Virus record (IMG/VR): IMGVR_UViG_3300046167_000632
Span: 1 to 62,030 of that record
Source of the DNA: a virus
Taxonomy: Duplodnaviria; Caudoviricetes
Direction: 5' to 3' (one strand)
DNA: 62,030 nt
Shown here: piece by piece, positions 1 through 11,414 of the stretch
Position numbering within the stretch: position 1 is the first letter of the stretch
Layout of the letters: every line of letters begins with the position of its first letter
Notes under the pieces: model-generated
What the model was told of the DNA's origin: nothing
What the model saw: only the letters and a program-made list of their open reading frames with translations
The model's database searches: none
Made by a program: the position numbers and the translations under genes

Positions 1-1
1 T

Positions 2-127
2 AGAATAGCAAAAACTAGAGAAAAAGGTAAACAAGCACTAGAAGATGGTAACACTTCAAAAGCTATGAGATTAAAGCGTAGAGAGAGAAGACTTAAAAAA
101 AGAATAGCTAAAAAATCTAATAAATAA
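2..127 (+). CDS. 3' end of a basic hypothetical protein (truncated by window start)
   Basis: Open frame RIAKTREKGKQALEDG...KKSNK* read by hand. Confidence 0.55.
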   Translation, partial: RIAKTREKGKQALEDGNTSKAMRLKRRERRLKKRIAKKSNK

Positions 128-186
128 AACAGATAGGACTGTATAAACCTAAAAAATAATATAAACGACAAAAAACTCAAAAAATT

Positions 187-492
187 ATGTCACAAAGATT
201 AAAAATTAATTATGAGCAATACGGAAGCAAAAAGACAGCTGTGTTTAACGCAGACGATATTTTTCGCGCTGTTTTTGTTCCAGATGGACTTGGAGATGAT
301 AAAGTGTATTTGTACACGTCAACTGGCTCTTATTTCATCGTACAAAGTGTAGGTTCAGATTTCGGTGTTAGTGCAATAGCTATAGAAAAAGCTATTAACG
401 ACGCTTTAACATCAAATCCAGGAGGTAGAGTTGTTGAAATCACACCAGCTGGTATGGAAGGTGTTGGAGATATAATCACAAACCCAAGTTAG
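187..492 (+). CDS. hypothetical protein
   Basis: 101-aa ORF with A-rich leader, followed by a hairpin. Confidence 0.7.
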   Translation: MSQRLKINYEQYGSKKTAVFNADDIFRAVFVPDGLGDDKVYLYTSTGSYFIVQSVGSDFGVSAIAIEKAINDALTSNPGGRVVEITPAGMEGVGDIITNPS

Positions 493-510
493 AAATGGTA
501 GACACAGTTA

Positions 511-533
511 GCAAGGGGTTAAACATCCCTTGC
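511..533 (+). terminator. stem-loop after ORF (possible terminator/stabiliser)
   Basis: GCAAGGG...CCCTTGC inverted repeat; no clear U-tract. Confidence 0.35.
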
Positions 534-589
534 AGTTGTGCTGCTAGAAAAAAGCATTAAATAAGATATTACCTTATAAAAAATAATAT

Positions 590-898
590 ATGGCATTTAA
601 ACTGGACAACCCACCTTATTCAAGTGATAACACACCTATATATAGGGTTGATATGGAAAATGGTGTTCTAGGTAAGGCCAATAAAAACGGTACCATAATA
701 TTAAACAATAATCTAAGCCCTTTTCAGGAACAAGATGTTATAGACCATGAAATGGTGCATATAGATCAAATGAGACGTGGTGATTTAGATTACGATGATA
801 ATTACGTTTATTGGAAGGGTAAAAAATATTCAAGAGCTCAAATGAGTGAAGGCTCTCCTAATTTAGCCTGGGAAAAAGAGGCGTATAGAAATTCATAA
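590..898 (+). CDS. small zinc-metallopeptidase-like protein
   Basis: HEMVH (HExxH) motif plus downstream WEKEAY glutamate. Confidence 0.6.
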   Translation: MAFKLDNPPYSSDNTPIYRVDMENGVLGKANKNGTIILNNNLSPFQEQDVIDHEMVHIDQMRRGDLDYDDNYVYWKGKKYSRAQMSEGSPNLAWEKEAYRNS

Positions 899-910
899 AT
901 AAACTAAAAA

Positions 911-1402
911 ATGGCAAAATTAAAAAACGAATCAAAACCGCCTTTTTACAAGACAGGGCCTATATACCTAACTGATGATGATCCCGCCGGACCTAGTAGT
1001 CCTAAAGCAACTAAATCTAGTAAAAAACCTGGCTTGCCAGGCTACCAGCCTCTTGGTGATGCCGATAAAATGAAAGGTGATAGTGTTGAAGCACAAGCGC
1101 TTAACACTATTAACGCTAAGGCTCAAAAAAAGATAAAAGCAGAGCATAAGAAACGTGATTTAGATACTAGATCCGTAAAAATAGGAGAAAAGATCGGAAT
1201 GGGCTATAAGGTTGTTGGTATAAATCCAAAAACAGGTGATGTTTTTAGTAGAAAAGGGAATAGATCTACGGTTTATAAAACCCCCAGAAGAGAAGCACAA
1301 AGATACTCACAATCGATAGGTCAAGGATATTCAGTTCCAATTACAACAGAAAAAATAAAATACGGCTACGACAGCAGTGGTAATATTTTTGAAGTAAAAT
1401 AA
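911..1402 (+). CDS. hypothetical basic protein
   Basis: 163-aa ORF in co-directional run. Confidence 0.65.
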   Translation: MAKLKNESKPPFYKTGPIYLTDDDPAGPSSPKATKSSKKPGLPGYQPLGDADKMKGDSVEAQALNTINAKAQKKIKAEHKKRDLDTRSVKIGEKIGMGYKVVGINPKTGDVFSRKGNRSTVYKTPRREAQRYSQSIGQGYSVPITTEKIKYGYDSSGNIFEVK

Positions 1403-1803
1403 TGAAAAAAATATTAGAATTTTTCAGTACTAAGGTCTTTAAGCAAGTTGGGGATGTAGTTGACAAACTATTTACCAGCGAAGAAGAAAGATTAAATGCT
1501 AGAAATGAAATATTCAAAGTACTACAAGATGCTCAGTTAGAGTTGCAAAAAATGCAGACTGAGATTATTGTAGCTGAAGCTAGCGGTAATTGGTTACAGA
1601 GAAGCTGGAGACCAATACTAATGCTTTCATTTGGTTTTATAATAATATATACAAAATTCATATCACAATTATCGGCACAACTGATAACACCTACGTTAGA
1701 ACCTCAATTCTGGGGTTTACTAGAAATAGGTATTGGAGGTTATGTGATAGGTAGAAGTGGTGAGAAAATAGTAGATAAGCTAGGACCTTTATTTAAGAAG
1801 TAA
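1402..1803 (+). CDS. holin, 3TM (GTA-holin-like) family
   Basis: 'EA.G.WLQRSWRP' motif, hydrophobic segments, GGYVIGRS.EK C-terminus. Confidence 0.75.
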   Translation: MKKILEFFSTKVFKQVGDVVDKLFTSEEERLNARNEIFKVLQDAQLELQKMQTEIIVAEASGNWLQRSWRPILMLSFGFIIIYTKFISQLSAQLITPTLEPQFWGLLEIGIGGYVIGRSGEKIVDKLGPLFKK

Positions 1804-1857
1804 TTAATAGGTAAACGGTGTAATTATATATAAAAATAAACAATTAAATTAAATAAA

Positions 1858-2115
1858 ATGGGAAAATTAACAGAAGAACAATTAAATTCAGTAAAAAAAT
1901 CACAAGCAAAAATAAACGCCATACTGCTTGAGATAGGTTTTTTAGAAACCAGAAAAGCTGAATTTTTAGGAGCACATTTTGAAGCTGCTAAAGCATTAGA
2001 GGAAATTAAAAAAGAGCTAAAAGAAGAATATGGTGATATAACCATCAATTTAGCTGATGGATCTTTTGACAAAGTGGAAGCTAAAGATACAAAAACTCTT
2101 GAAGTAGTTGACTAA
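1858..2115 (+). CDS. hypothetical coiled-coil protein
   Basis: 85-aa ORF, helical, 'LKEEYGDITINLADG'. Confidence 0.7.
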   Translation: MGKLTEEQLNSVKKSQAKINAILLEIGFLETRKAEFLGAHFEAAKALEEIKKELKEEYGDITINLADGSFDKVEAKDTKTLEVVD

Positions 2116-2342
2116 TGGGTTCTGTTATAAGAAAAATAAGTATAGGTTCAGACTATAAGAATGATGCAATGCATTACTCTGTAGGTCAAGAAGTATATGG
2201 CGGTCACAAGATAGCTTATATACTGCTGAGCGAAGAAGATAACTCTTATAATATACACATCAAAAAAAACAATGAGGTAATGCCATGGAAGAAGTTTAAT
2301 TCTAACATGGCAATATCCATTGAATACGATCTTCAGTATTAA
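2115..2342 (+). CDS. hypothetical protein
   Basis: 75-aa ORF coupled by TAATG overlaps at both ends. Confidence 0.7.
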   Translation: MGSVIRKISIGSDYKNDAMHYSVGQEVYGGHKIAYILLSEEDNSYNIHIKKNNEVMPWKKFNSNMAISIEYDLQY

Positions 2343-2947
2343 TGAGAAGTGTATACGACTTTATTGTAGAGCCAATAGGAGAGAGATACGACAACGAGTT
2401 AAAAATAGGTGATAAGAAATTAGTTTTAAATTCTAAAATAGAAAGTCACAAGTTTATAAATAATAAAGCTAGAGTGATATCTGTGCCAATAGCCTTCAAA
2501 ACCCCTATAAAAATAGGTGATGAGGTTATTATTCACCACAACGTATTTAGAAGATACTATAACCAAAAAGGTAAAGAGGTAAATAGTAGTAAGTACTTTA
2601 AAGATAATAAATATTTTTGTCAATTAGATCAAATATATTTGTATGGTAGGGATAACTCGTGGAAACCTTTTAATAATAGATGCTTTGTAGCGCCTGTACT
2701 TAATAAGGATGAGTTAGAGCTAAAGAAAGATAAAAACCATGTTGGAATACTAAAGTATGGTAATAGTTCCTTAGAAGCTCTTAAAATAAACGAAGGAGAT
2801 GTTATAGGCTTTACACCTAACAGCGAATTTGAATTTGTCGTTAACGATGAATTATTATATTGTATGAAATCAAAAGATATTGTAATTAAATATGAGCACG
2901 AAAAAAACAAAGCTCAGTATAATCCAAGCTGGGCAAAAAGCAGTTGA
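2342..2947 (+). CDS. GroES-like (tandem co-chaperonin fold) protein
   Basis: Two GroES-like halves: 'ARVISVP...IKIGDEVII' and 'GILKYG...INEGDVIGF...EFVVNDELLYCMKSKDI'. Confidence 0.55.
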   Translation: MRSVYDFIVEPIGERYDNELKIGDKKLVLNSKIESHKFINNKARVISVPIAFKTPIKIGDEVIIHHNVFRRYYNQKGKEVNSSKYFKDNKYFCQLDQIYLYGRDNSWKPFNNRCFVAPVLNKDELELKKDKNHVGILKYGNSSLEALKINEGDVIGFTPNSEFEFVVNDELLYCMKSKDIVIKYEHEKNKAQYNPSWAKSS

Positions 2948-3155
2948 GGAATTAATAAAGGTAGCTAAAGAGCCTATAGTAGATTCAGGTGACGACATAA
3001 CCGCTGACAGATTAAAAAATGCAGCAGCTACAAAAAAGCTAGCTATATTTGATGCTTTTGAAATACTAACACGTATTGAGGAAGAGAAAAGTATGATAAA
3101 CGACAACATTAAAGAAAAACCTTTTAAGGGTTTTGCGGAAGGGAGATCTAAGTGA
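2892..3155 (+). CDS. hypothetical protein, candidate terminase small subunit
   Basis: Helical 87 aa immediately upstream of and overlapping TerL; positional inference. Confidence 0.45.
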   Translation: MSTKKTKLSIIQAGQKAVEELIKVAKEPIVDSGDDITADRLKNAAATKKLAIFDAFEILTRIEEEKSMINDNIKEKPFKGFAEGRSK

Positions 3156-5380
3156 TGTACGAGCAAACATTAGTAAAAACGTTAGATGATTACATTAAGC
3201 CATCAGTTGTAAAGAAAAATAACAGACATAAGAAGTGGAGCTATGGTTACAATGAAGATCATGATATAGTTATAATAAGTAAAGACGGTACTTTAGGCGA
3301 AGTAGTACAAATACAAAACCTAGTTATAGGTTTGCCATCTGAACCTGAGAAAGTCTATAAGCGTTCAAATAAAAGAGCAGAGCAGAAGTGGGAAAAGTTA
3401 AACTACCCCAAAGAGCTATTGAAAATAAAAAGTGTGTTTGACTGGGAGAAATATCCTAACGCGTTTAAAGAAAAATGGTATGACTATATTGATGAAGAGT
3501 TTAAAAGACGTGAAGAAGGTTTTTGGTTCAAAAACAACGGTGTTGCTAATTATATTACTGGCACTCACTATATGTTCTTGCAGTGGTCCAAGATTGATGT
3601 TGGGGCAGCGGACTATAGGGAATCAAACAGATTATTCTTCATATTCTGGGAAGCTTGTAAATCAGATGTACGTTGCTACGGAATGTGCTATCTTAAGAAC
3701 AGACGGTCAGGGTTTTCTTTCATGGCGTCAAGCGAAGCGGTTAATCTCGCTACAATATCCACAGACTCAAGGTTCGGAATTTTATCAAAGTCTGGTCAGG
3801 ATGCAAAAAAGATGTTTACTGATAAAGTGGTACCCATCTCAGTTAATTATCCCTTCTTCTTCAAACCAATCCAGGACGGTATGGACAGGCCGAAGACGGA
3901 GCTCGCCTATAGAGTCCCAGCCTCCAAACTTACCCGTAAGAAACTCGACGAAGGTATTGCTTCCGAGGAGAGGCAAGGTCTTGATACCACGATCGACTGG
4001 AAGAACACCGGGGACAACTCGTACGATGGGGAAAAACTAAAGATATTAGTACATGATGAAAGTGGTAAATGGGAAAGACCTGACAATATATTAAACAACT
4101 GGAGGGTTACAAAAACATGTTTACGACTAGGTAAAAGAATTGTAGGTAAGTGTATGATGGGTTCAACATCAAATGCTTTAGATAAAGGTGGTGCTAATTT
4201 TAAAAAATTATATTATGCTTCAGACGTCAGGGAGAGAAACCGCAACGGGCAGACTAGCTCAGGACTATATTCTTTGTTCATACCTATGGAATGGAATTAC
4301 GAAGGATTCATCGACGCTTATGGAGTACCTGTATTCGATACGCCAAGTGAAAAGATTAAAGATCCAACAGGTGAGCTAATAACTACAGGAGTAATAGAGC
4401 ATTGGGAAAATGAAGTTGATGGTTTAAAAAACGATCAAGATGGTTTAAACGAATATTACAGACAATTTCCAAGAACTGAAAAGCATGCTTTTAGAGATGA
4501 AGCTAAACTATCTCTATACAACCTAACCAAGATATACGAGCAAATAGATTATAACGAAGAGGTTAAAAATAAAAGTCTAGTAACTAGAGGTAGTTTCCAC
4601 TGGAGAGGTGATGTTAAGGACACCGTGGTTGAGTTTAAGCCAAACAATAATGGTAGGTTTTATGTTTCATGGGTTCCATCAGCTAACCTACAGAATAATG
4701 TTATAGTAAAAAACGGGCTTAAATACCCTGGCAACGAACATATAGGTGCATTTGGGTGTGACAGCTACGATATATCAGGTACAGTTGATAAAAGAGGATC
4801 TAACGGAGCTTTACATGGTTTAACTAAATTTAATATGGACAATGCTCCATCTAATATGTTTTTCCTAGAATATATAGCTAGACCTCAAACAGCTGAGATA
4901 TTCTTTGAAGATGTGCTTATGGCTTTACATTTCTATGGTATGCCTATATTAGCTGAGAACAACAAACCTAGATTGTTATATTATTTAAAAAGAAGGGGTT
5001 ATAGAAACTTCTCTATCAATAGACCTGACAAGTTGTATAACAAACTTTCGGTTACTGAGAAAGAAATAGGTGGAATACCAAACTCTAGTGAAGATATAAA
5101 GCAAGCACACGCCGCGTCCATAGAGACATACATAGAAGATTATGTTGGTTTTACGGGTGAAGGTTACGGACAAATGTATTTACAAAGAACATTAGAGGAC
5201 TGGGCTAGATTCAATATTAATAATAGAACAAAGCATGATGCTACTATAAGTTCTGGTCTTGCTGCAATGGCTTGTAATAAAAACAAGTATTCACCAGCTT
5301 ATAAAACAGAAAAAAGAAAAGTTCAATTATCTTTCAACCGTTATGATAACAATGGAAATATTTCAAAAATAATAAAATAA
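3152..5380 (+). CDS. terL: terminase large subunit
   Basis: Walker-A-like KNRRSGFS, Walker-B LVHDESGK, motif III MGST, RNase-H-like FGCDSYD and C-terminal HDATIS. Confidence 0.9.
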   Translation: MMYEQTLVKTLDDYIKPSVVKKNNRHKKWSYGYNEDHDIVIISKDGTLGEVVQIQNLVIGLPSEPEKVYKRSNKRAEQKWEKLNYPKELLKIKSVFDWEKYPNAFKEKWYDYIDEEFKRREEGFWFKNNGVANYITGTHYMFLQWSKIDVGAADYRESNRLFFIFWEACKSDVRCYGMCYLKNRRSGFSFMASSEAVNLATISTDSRFGILSKSGQDAKKMFTDKVVPISVNYPFFFKPIQDGMDRPKTELAYRVPASKLTRKKLDEGIASEERQGLDTTIDWKNTGDNSYDGEKLKILVHDESGKWERPDNILNNWRVTKTCLRLGKRIVGKCMMGSTSNALDKGGANFKKLYYASDVRERNRNGQTSSGLYSLFIPMEWNYEGFIDAYGVPVFDTPSEKIKDPTGELITTGVIEHWENEVDGLKNDQDGLNEYYRQFPRTEKHAFRDEAKLSLYNLTKIYEQIDYNEEVKNKSLVTRGSFHWRGDVKDTVVEFKPNNNGRFYVSWVPSANLQNNVIVKNGLKYPGNEHIGAFGCDSYDISGTVDKRGSNGALHGLTKFNMDNAPSNMFFLEYIARPQTAEIFFEDVLMALHFYGMPILAENNKPRLLYYLKRRGYRNFSINRPDKLYNKLSVTEKEIGGIPNSSEDIKQAHAASIETYIEDYVGFTGEGYGQMYLQRTLEDWARFNINNRTKHDATISSGLAAMACNKNKYSPAYKTEKRKVQLSFNRYDNNGNISKIIK

Positions 5381-7796
5381 ATGATTTATACTAATACAAA
5401 TAGCTCTTTCCCTAGTCAGGTAGTACCAGATGCGGAAAAGCAAACTTTAGAGTATGGTTATGCTGTCGGTAGAGCTATAGAGAATGAATGGTTTAAAGGA
5501 GATAGAGGTACTAATATAGGTGGTAGATTTGCTAGCAATTGGCAATATTTTCATAAGTTAAGATTGTACGCTAGAGGAGAACAATCCGTTCAAAAGTACA
5601 AAGACGAGTTATCTATAAATGGTGACTTAAGCTACTTAAACCTAGACTGGAAACCTGTAGCTGTTTTATCTAAATTTGTTGACATTGTTGTTAATGGTAT
5701 GACAGATAAAGGCTATGAAATAAAATCATTTGCATCAGATCCTTTTGCTGTAAAAGAAAGAACACAGCACGCTACTGATCTAGCAGAGGATGCTTTTTCA
5801 CAGAACATAATACAAGAAGCTCAGCAAAACTTTGGTATAGATCTAAGTAGAACTAATACACCCAAAGACCAATTACCGAAAGAGCAAGGAAGAATTAGAG
5901 TTGCACATGCAACTTACATATAAGCAAGCTATAGAGATAGCTGAAGAGGAAGCTTATAAATAACGTACTAGATTATAACAAGTACGAAGAAGTTAAGAAA
6001 AGAGTAGCACACGATCTAGTTGTATTAGGTATAGGTGCTAGTAAAACTGACTTCAACTTAGCTAATGGAGTTACTGTTGACTATGTAGATCCAGTTAACT
6101 TAGTTCACTCTTACACAGAGGATCCAAACTTTGAAGATATATATTACGTTGGAGAAGTGAAAAGCGTACCGCTAGAAGAGGTTAAGAAACAATTTCCAAG
6201 CTTGACAGATAAAGATCTTATAGAGATACAGCAGTACCCAGGCGACTCTACCATGACTAGAAATTATAGCACTCAGGATGGTAACTATGACAATGTTCAG
6301 GTATTATACTTTGAGTATAAAACATACAGCAACCAAGTATTTAAGATAAAGCAAACTGATCAAGGTTTAGAAAAAGCTTTAGAAAAAGACGACACGTTTA
6401 ACCCACCTGAGAGTGATAACTTCAATAGAGTAAGTAGATCTATAGAAGTGTTATACAGTGGCGCTAAAATACTAGGGCTATGAAAAAATGCTAAAGTGGG
6501 AGCTTGCAGAAAATATGACTAGACCTTTTAGTGATCAAACTAGAGTTAATATGAATTATACTATATCTGCTCCTAGAATGTACAAGGGTAGAGTTGAAAG
6601 TATAGTTAGTAAGACTATTGGTTTTGCTGATATGATACAACTAACTCACTTAAAAATACAACAAGTATTAGCTCGTATGGTGCCAGATGGTGTGTTTGTT
6701 GATGTTGATGGATTAGCTGAGGTTGATCTTGGTAATGGAACAAATTATAATCCACAAGAAGCTCTTAATATGTACTTCCAGACTGGTAGTATAGTAGGTA
6801 GATCACTTACTCAAGATGGGGATATAAACAGAGGTAAAGTACCAATACAAGAACTACAAACATCGTCAGGTATAGGCAAGATACAAGCACTTATACAAAC
6901 TTATCAATATTACTTACAAATGATAAGAGACGTGACGGGTTTAAATGAAGCTAGAGACGGTAGTCAACCAGCGAGGGATTCATTAGTAGGTTTACAAAAA
7001 TTAGCTGCAGCTGCATCTAACACTGCCACAAAACATATATTACAGTCTCTAATGTATATAACCGTTAGAATATGTGAGAATATAAGTTTAAGAGCGGCAG
7101 ATATGTTAAACTTCCCTTTAACAAAAAATGCACTAATGAACTCCATAAGTAGTTTTAACGTAAATACGTTAGAGCAAGTAGAAAAATTAAACATGCATGA
7201 GTTTGGTATATTCTTAGACTTAGAGCCTGATGAAGATGAAAGACAAGTTCTTGAAAAGAATATCCAAATAGCATTGCAGTCTGGAGGTATAGATCTTGAA
7301 GACGTTATAGATTTAAGACAAATATCTAACATAAAGTTAGCTAATCAAATGCTTAAGATAAAACGTAAGCAAAAGATAGAGGCTGATAGAAAAACGCAAA
7401 TGGAGAATATACAGGCGCAATCTCAAGCCAATGCTAAAGCGGCTGAGAAAGCGGCTATGTCTGAAGTGCAGAAGCAACAAGCGTTAGCTCAAACAACTCT
7501 TCAAATAGAACAAGGGTAAATCTCAATTTGAAATGCAGCGTATGCAAGCTGAGGCTCAGATTAAGAAAGAGATAATGGCTGAAGAATTTAACTATAACGT
7601 TCAGTTAGCTAAAGTAAAAGCTGATGCTGAAAAAGGAAAAGAAAAAGATATAGAAGATCGTAAGGACGAAAGAACTAGAATACAAGCTACTCAGCAATCA
7701 GAGCTAATAGCACAACGTAAAAACGACGAGCTTCCAAAGAATTTCGAGTCTTCAAATGTTGACTCACTAAGCGGTTTTGGATTAGAACAATTCTAA
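5381..7796 (+). CDS. portal protein (split by several apparent sequencing frameshifts)
   Basis: Follows TerL; fragments 5381-5923, 6157-6483, 6488-7519 and 7533-7796 join into one ~800-aa protein with 'MIRDVTGLNEARDG' motif and Q-rich coiled tail. Confidence 0.85.
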
Positions 7797-7835
7797 CTTA
7801 GATAAAAAACTTTATTAATTTTATATTATTATATT

Positions 7836-8961
7836 ATGTCAGAACAAACAGTAAAACAAGAGGGTGAATTTAAATTAAAAAAAAGAAATACGCCTAAAAA
7901 ATTAGCTACACCAGAAAACAATATTACCAAGGTGAGCATGAAAGAACCTTTGATAGATACAGAGCCAGAGGTTACAAAAGTAGTAATAAAAGAAGATGAT
8001 TCGCCTGCTATTGAAAAGCCAGTGGCTGAAGTTATTGAAAGCGACTCGCCTATACAGTTAGTTGAAGAAACAGAAGAAGATGTTAAGGAGGTAGAAGCTG
8101 AGTACAAAGAAGCTATTAGAGATGAAAAAGTAATTGGTAAACCTTTACCAGAGAACATCGAAAAGTTAGTTTCTTTCATGGAAGAGACTGGTGGTAACAT
8201 AAATGATTACGTCAGGCTTAATGCTGACTACTCTAGTGTGGATAACGAAACACTATTAAAAGAATATTATAAACAAACAAAACCTTACTTAGAAGGTGAC
8301 GATATAAGTCTCATGCTAGAAGATTTTTCATATGACGAAGATCTAGATGAGGAAAGAGACATACGCAAGAAGAAACTTGCATTTAAAGAAGAAGTTGCAA
8401 AAGCTAGGAACTTTTTAGAGGAAACTAAGAGTAAATACTACGATGAGATCAAGTTGAAACCAGGCGTAACTCAAGACCAACAAAAAGCCACTGACTTTTT
8501 TAACCGATATAACGAAGAGCAGAAAGCTGGTAAAGCAAAACACTCGGAATTTTTAAAGCGTACTAATGAGCTGTTAACTGACGAATTCAAAGGTTTTGAT
8601 TTCAACGTTGGTGAAAGTAAGTTTAGGTATAGTGTAAAAAATCCGCGAAAGGTAGCAGAAGCACAATCTAATATCTCTGACTTCATTGGGACGTTCCTAA
8701 ATGATAAAGGAGAGGTTAAAGATACTAAAGGTTACCACAAAGCTTTATACGCTGCTAGAAACGCTGATACTAATAGCACAACATTTTTACGAGCAAGGCA
8801 AGGCTGATGCTGTTAAGGATGTTATGGTTAAATCAAAAAACATTTCATCAGAACCTAGAAAAACTAGCAGTGGTGATGTGTTTATTAATGGTTTAAAGGT
8901 TAAAGCTATTTCTGGTGCTGATTCTTCAAAATTAAAGATAAAAACAAGAAAATTTAACTAA
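7836..8961 (+). CDS. acidic scaffold-like protein (frameshift near 8770)
   Basis: E/D-rich N-terminus, between portal and capsid; fragments 7836-8807 and 8701-8961 join. Confidence 0.6.
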
Positions 8962-8975
8962 CAAAATTAAACAAA

Positions 8976-10419
8976 ATGAGTTTAACTCCACAATTTGGTT
9001 CATTGAAACCATCTCAAAAACAAGAGATTTTAGATAGCAATTATCTAAAGTTTAACGACGGTGCTGCTGGAACAGACACTTTTCGCACAACAATACCTAC
9101 CAGAGATCTACGAACAAGAAGTAGAGCGTTATGGAAACAGAACATTATCTGGATTCTTAAGAATGGTAGGAGCAGAAATGCCAATGAGTTCTGATCAAGT
9201 AATTTGGTCTGAGCAAAATAGATTACATATTTCTTACGAAGGATGTACTACTAACGGAACAACTACTATTGACTTACAACAAGATTTAGCACCAGCTGAT
9301 CCTAAAGATTACGTTGCTAATGTTATATCTGTAGGAGCTACTATTGTAGCTTTAGATGGAGCAGGAGTTGAAATAAAAGCTGTTGTAACTGCATCTGACT
9401 TAGCTACTGGTATAATTACCGTTGCCCCTTATACTGCTGCAGACATATCTGCTTTAGCAACTACAGGTGTAAAGGTATTTGTATTTGGATCTGAGTATGC
9501 AAAAGGTTCAAGCACACCTAACTATAGTGCTACTAACGTTAATGGATATGTATCTGTTGACCCTTCTTTCACACAATTCTCTAACTCACCAATCATCATC
9601 AGAAATAAATACGTTGTAAACGGATCTGATATGGCTCAAATCGGTTGGGTAGAAGTTGCTACTGAAGACGGAACATCTGGATATTTATGGTACTTAAAAG
9701 CTGAATCTGAAACAAGATTACGTTTTGAAGACTACTTAGAAATGTCTGTAGTAGAAGGAGAAAAAGCTGGAGCTGGATCTGCTGCTGCGGGTGCACAGTT
9801 TAAAGGTACTCAAGGTTTATTCGCTGCTATCGAAGATAGAGGTAATGTAAATGTAGGATTTACTGCTGCTGCAGGTCTTGATACTTTTGATGATATCTTG
9901 AAAAACTTAGATACTCAAGGAGCTATTGAAGAGAACATGTTATTCTTACAAAGACAAACGTCTTTAGATTTTGACGATATGTTAGCTGCAATCTCTGCAG
10001 GTGCTCAAGGTGGTACTGCTTATGGATTATTTGAAAACTCTGAAGAAATGGCATTGAACTTAGGTTTCTCTGGATTCAGAAGAGGTTCTTATGACTTCTA
10101 TAAGACTGACTGGAAATACTTAAACGACGCTTCTACGCGTGGTGGTATGACTGGACCTTCTTCAATCGAAGGTGTATTAGTACCAGCTGGAACTTCTACA
10201 GTTTATGACCAAGTATTAGGTACAAACATCAGACGTCCTTTCTTACACGTAAGATATAGAGCTTCTCAAGCAAATGACAGAAGAATGAAGCAATGGGTGA
10301 CTGGTTCTGCCGGTGGCGCTGCTACATCTGATCTAGATGCTATGGAAGTAAACTTCTTGTCTGAAAGATGTTTATGTGTACAAGGTGCTAACAACTTTGT
10401 ATTATTCAAAGGAGTGTAA
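8976..10419 (+). CDS. major capsid protein (frameshift near 9080)
   Basis: ~480 aa when joined, codon usage typical of highly expressed genes, followed by terminator; position after scaffold. Confidence 0.8.
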
Positions 10420-10438
10420 TCACTAACAAATGTAATTC

Positions 10439-10465
10439 TTACCCTCGTTGAACTGACGGGGGTAA
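10439..10465 (+). terminator. intrinsic terminator-like hairpin
   Basis: TTACCCTCGT-loop-ACGGGGGTAA downstream of capsid stop. Confidence 0.6.
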
Positions 10466-10501
10466 TTATTACTCTTATAAATTATTTAATTATATTATAT
10501 T

Positions 10502-11335
10502 ATGGCTACAAAAAAAGCACCAGCAAAGAAAGTTGAGGTTGCTCCTCAGCAAGAAATAGCAGTTAAAGCTGCTCCAAAAGTACAAAAACCAGCTAAACCA
10601 AGCTGGGAAATAAAAGATAGAACATATATATTAACTTCTAATAGATCACCGGTAACATTTACAATACCTAGTAAACATACTTCTAAACATGCTTTACTAT
10701 TTTTTGATAAAGAGAGTCGTGAACAAAAAGAATTAAGATATGCAACAAACCAATCTTCTCCATTTGTAAAAGAACAACAAGGAGAAGCTACTTTAGGTCA
10801 CATTATATTTAAAGACGGTTCGTTATTTGTTCCAAAAGAAAAACAAAATCTTCAGAAGGTGCTATCTATGTATCACCCATTAAAGAATAAGGTATACAAA
10901 GAATTAGACCAAGTAGAAATAGCTGAAGACGAATTAGATATATTAGAGATGCAAATTGAAGCTCTTAACGCAGCTAAAAACATGGATATAGATCATGCTG
11001 AAGCTATACTTAGGGTTGAAATAGGATCTAAAGTAACAACAATGAGTTCTAAAGAATTAAGAAGAGACTTATTGTTATTCGCTAAAATGAATCCAGCTTT
11101 ATTTATAGATCTAGCTAATGATGAGAATGTTCAATTAAGAAACTTCGCAATACAAGCTACTGAAAACAATATAATAGAACTGTCAAGTGATCAAAGATAT
11201 TTCACTTGGGCTACTAATGGTAGGAAATTAATGGAGGTTCCTTTTGACGAAAACCCATACTCTGCAATGGCTGCATTCTTTAAAACCGATGAAGGTGTAG
11301 AAGTTTACAGGTCAGTAGAGAAAAAGCTAAAATAA
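10502..11335 (+). CDS. conserved-type hypothetical protein downstream of capsid
   Basis: 277-aa ORF. Confidence 0.75.
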   Translation: MATKKAPAKKVEVAPQQEIAVKAAPKVQKPAKPSWEIKDRTYILTSNRSPVTFTIPSKHTSKHALLFFDKESREQKELRYATNQSSPFVKEQQGEATLGHIIFKDGSLFVPKEKQNLQKVLSMYHPLKNKVYKELDQVEIAEDELDILEMQIEALNAAKNMDIDHAEAILRVEIGSKVTTMSSKELRRDLLLFAKMNPALFIDLANDENVQLRNFAIQATENNIIELSSDQRYFTWATNGRKLMEVPFDENPYSAMAAFFKTDEGVEVYRSVEKKLK

Positions 11336-11354
11336 CATGTAATAATTAAAATAC

Positions 11355-11381
11355 GAGAGGTTGCAAAAAATGTAGCCTCTC
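11355..11381 (+). terminator. hairpin, possible terminator
   Basis: GAGAGGTTGCA-AAAAA-TGTAGCCTCTC. Confidence 0.5.
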
Positions 11382-11414
11382 ATATTAAACAAGTAAATTT
11401 AAAAATAAAAGAAA

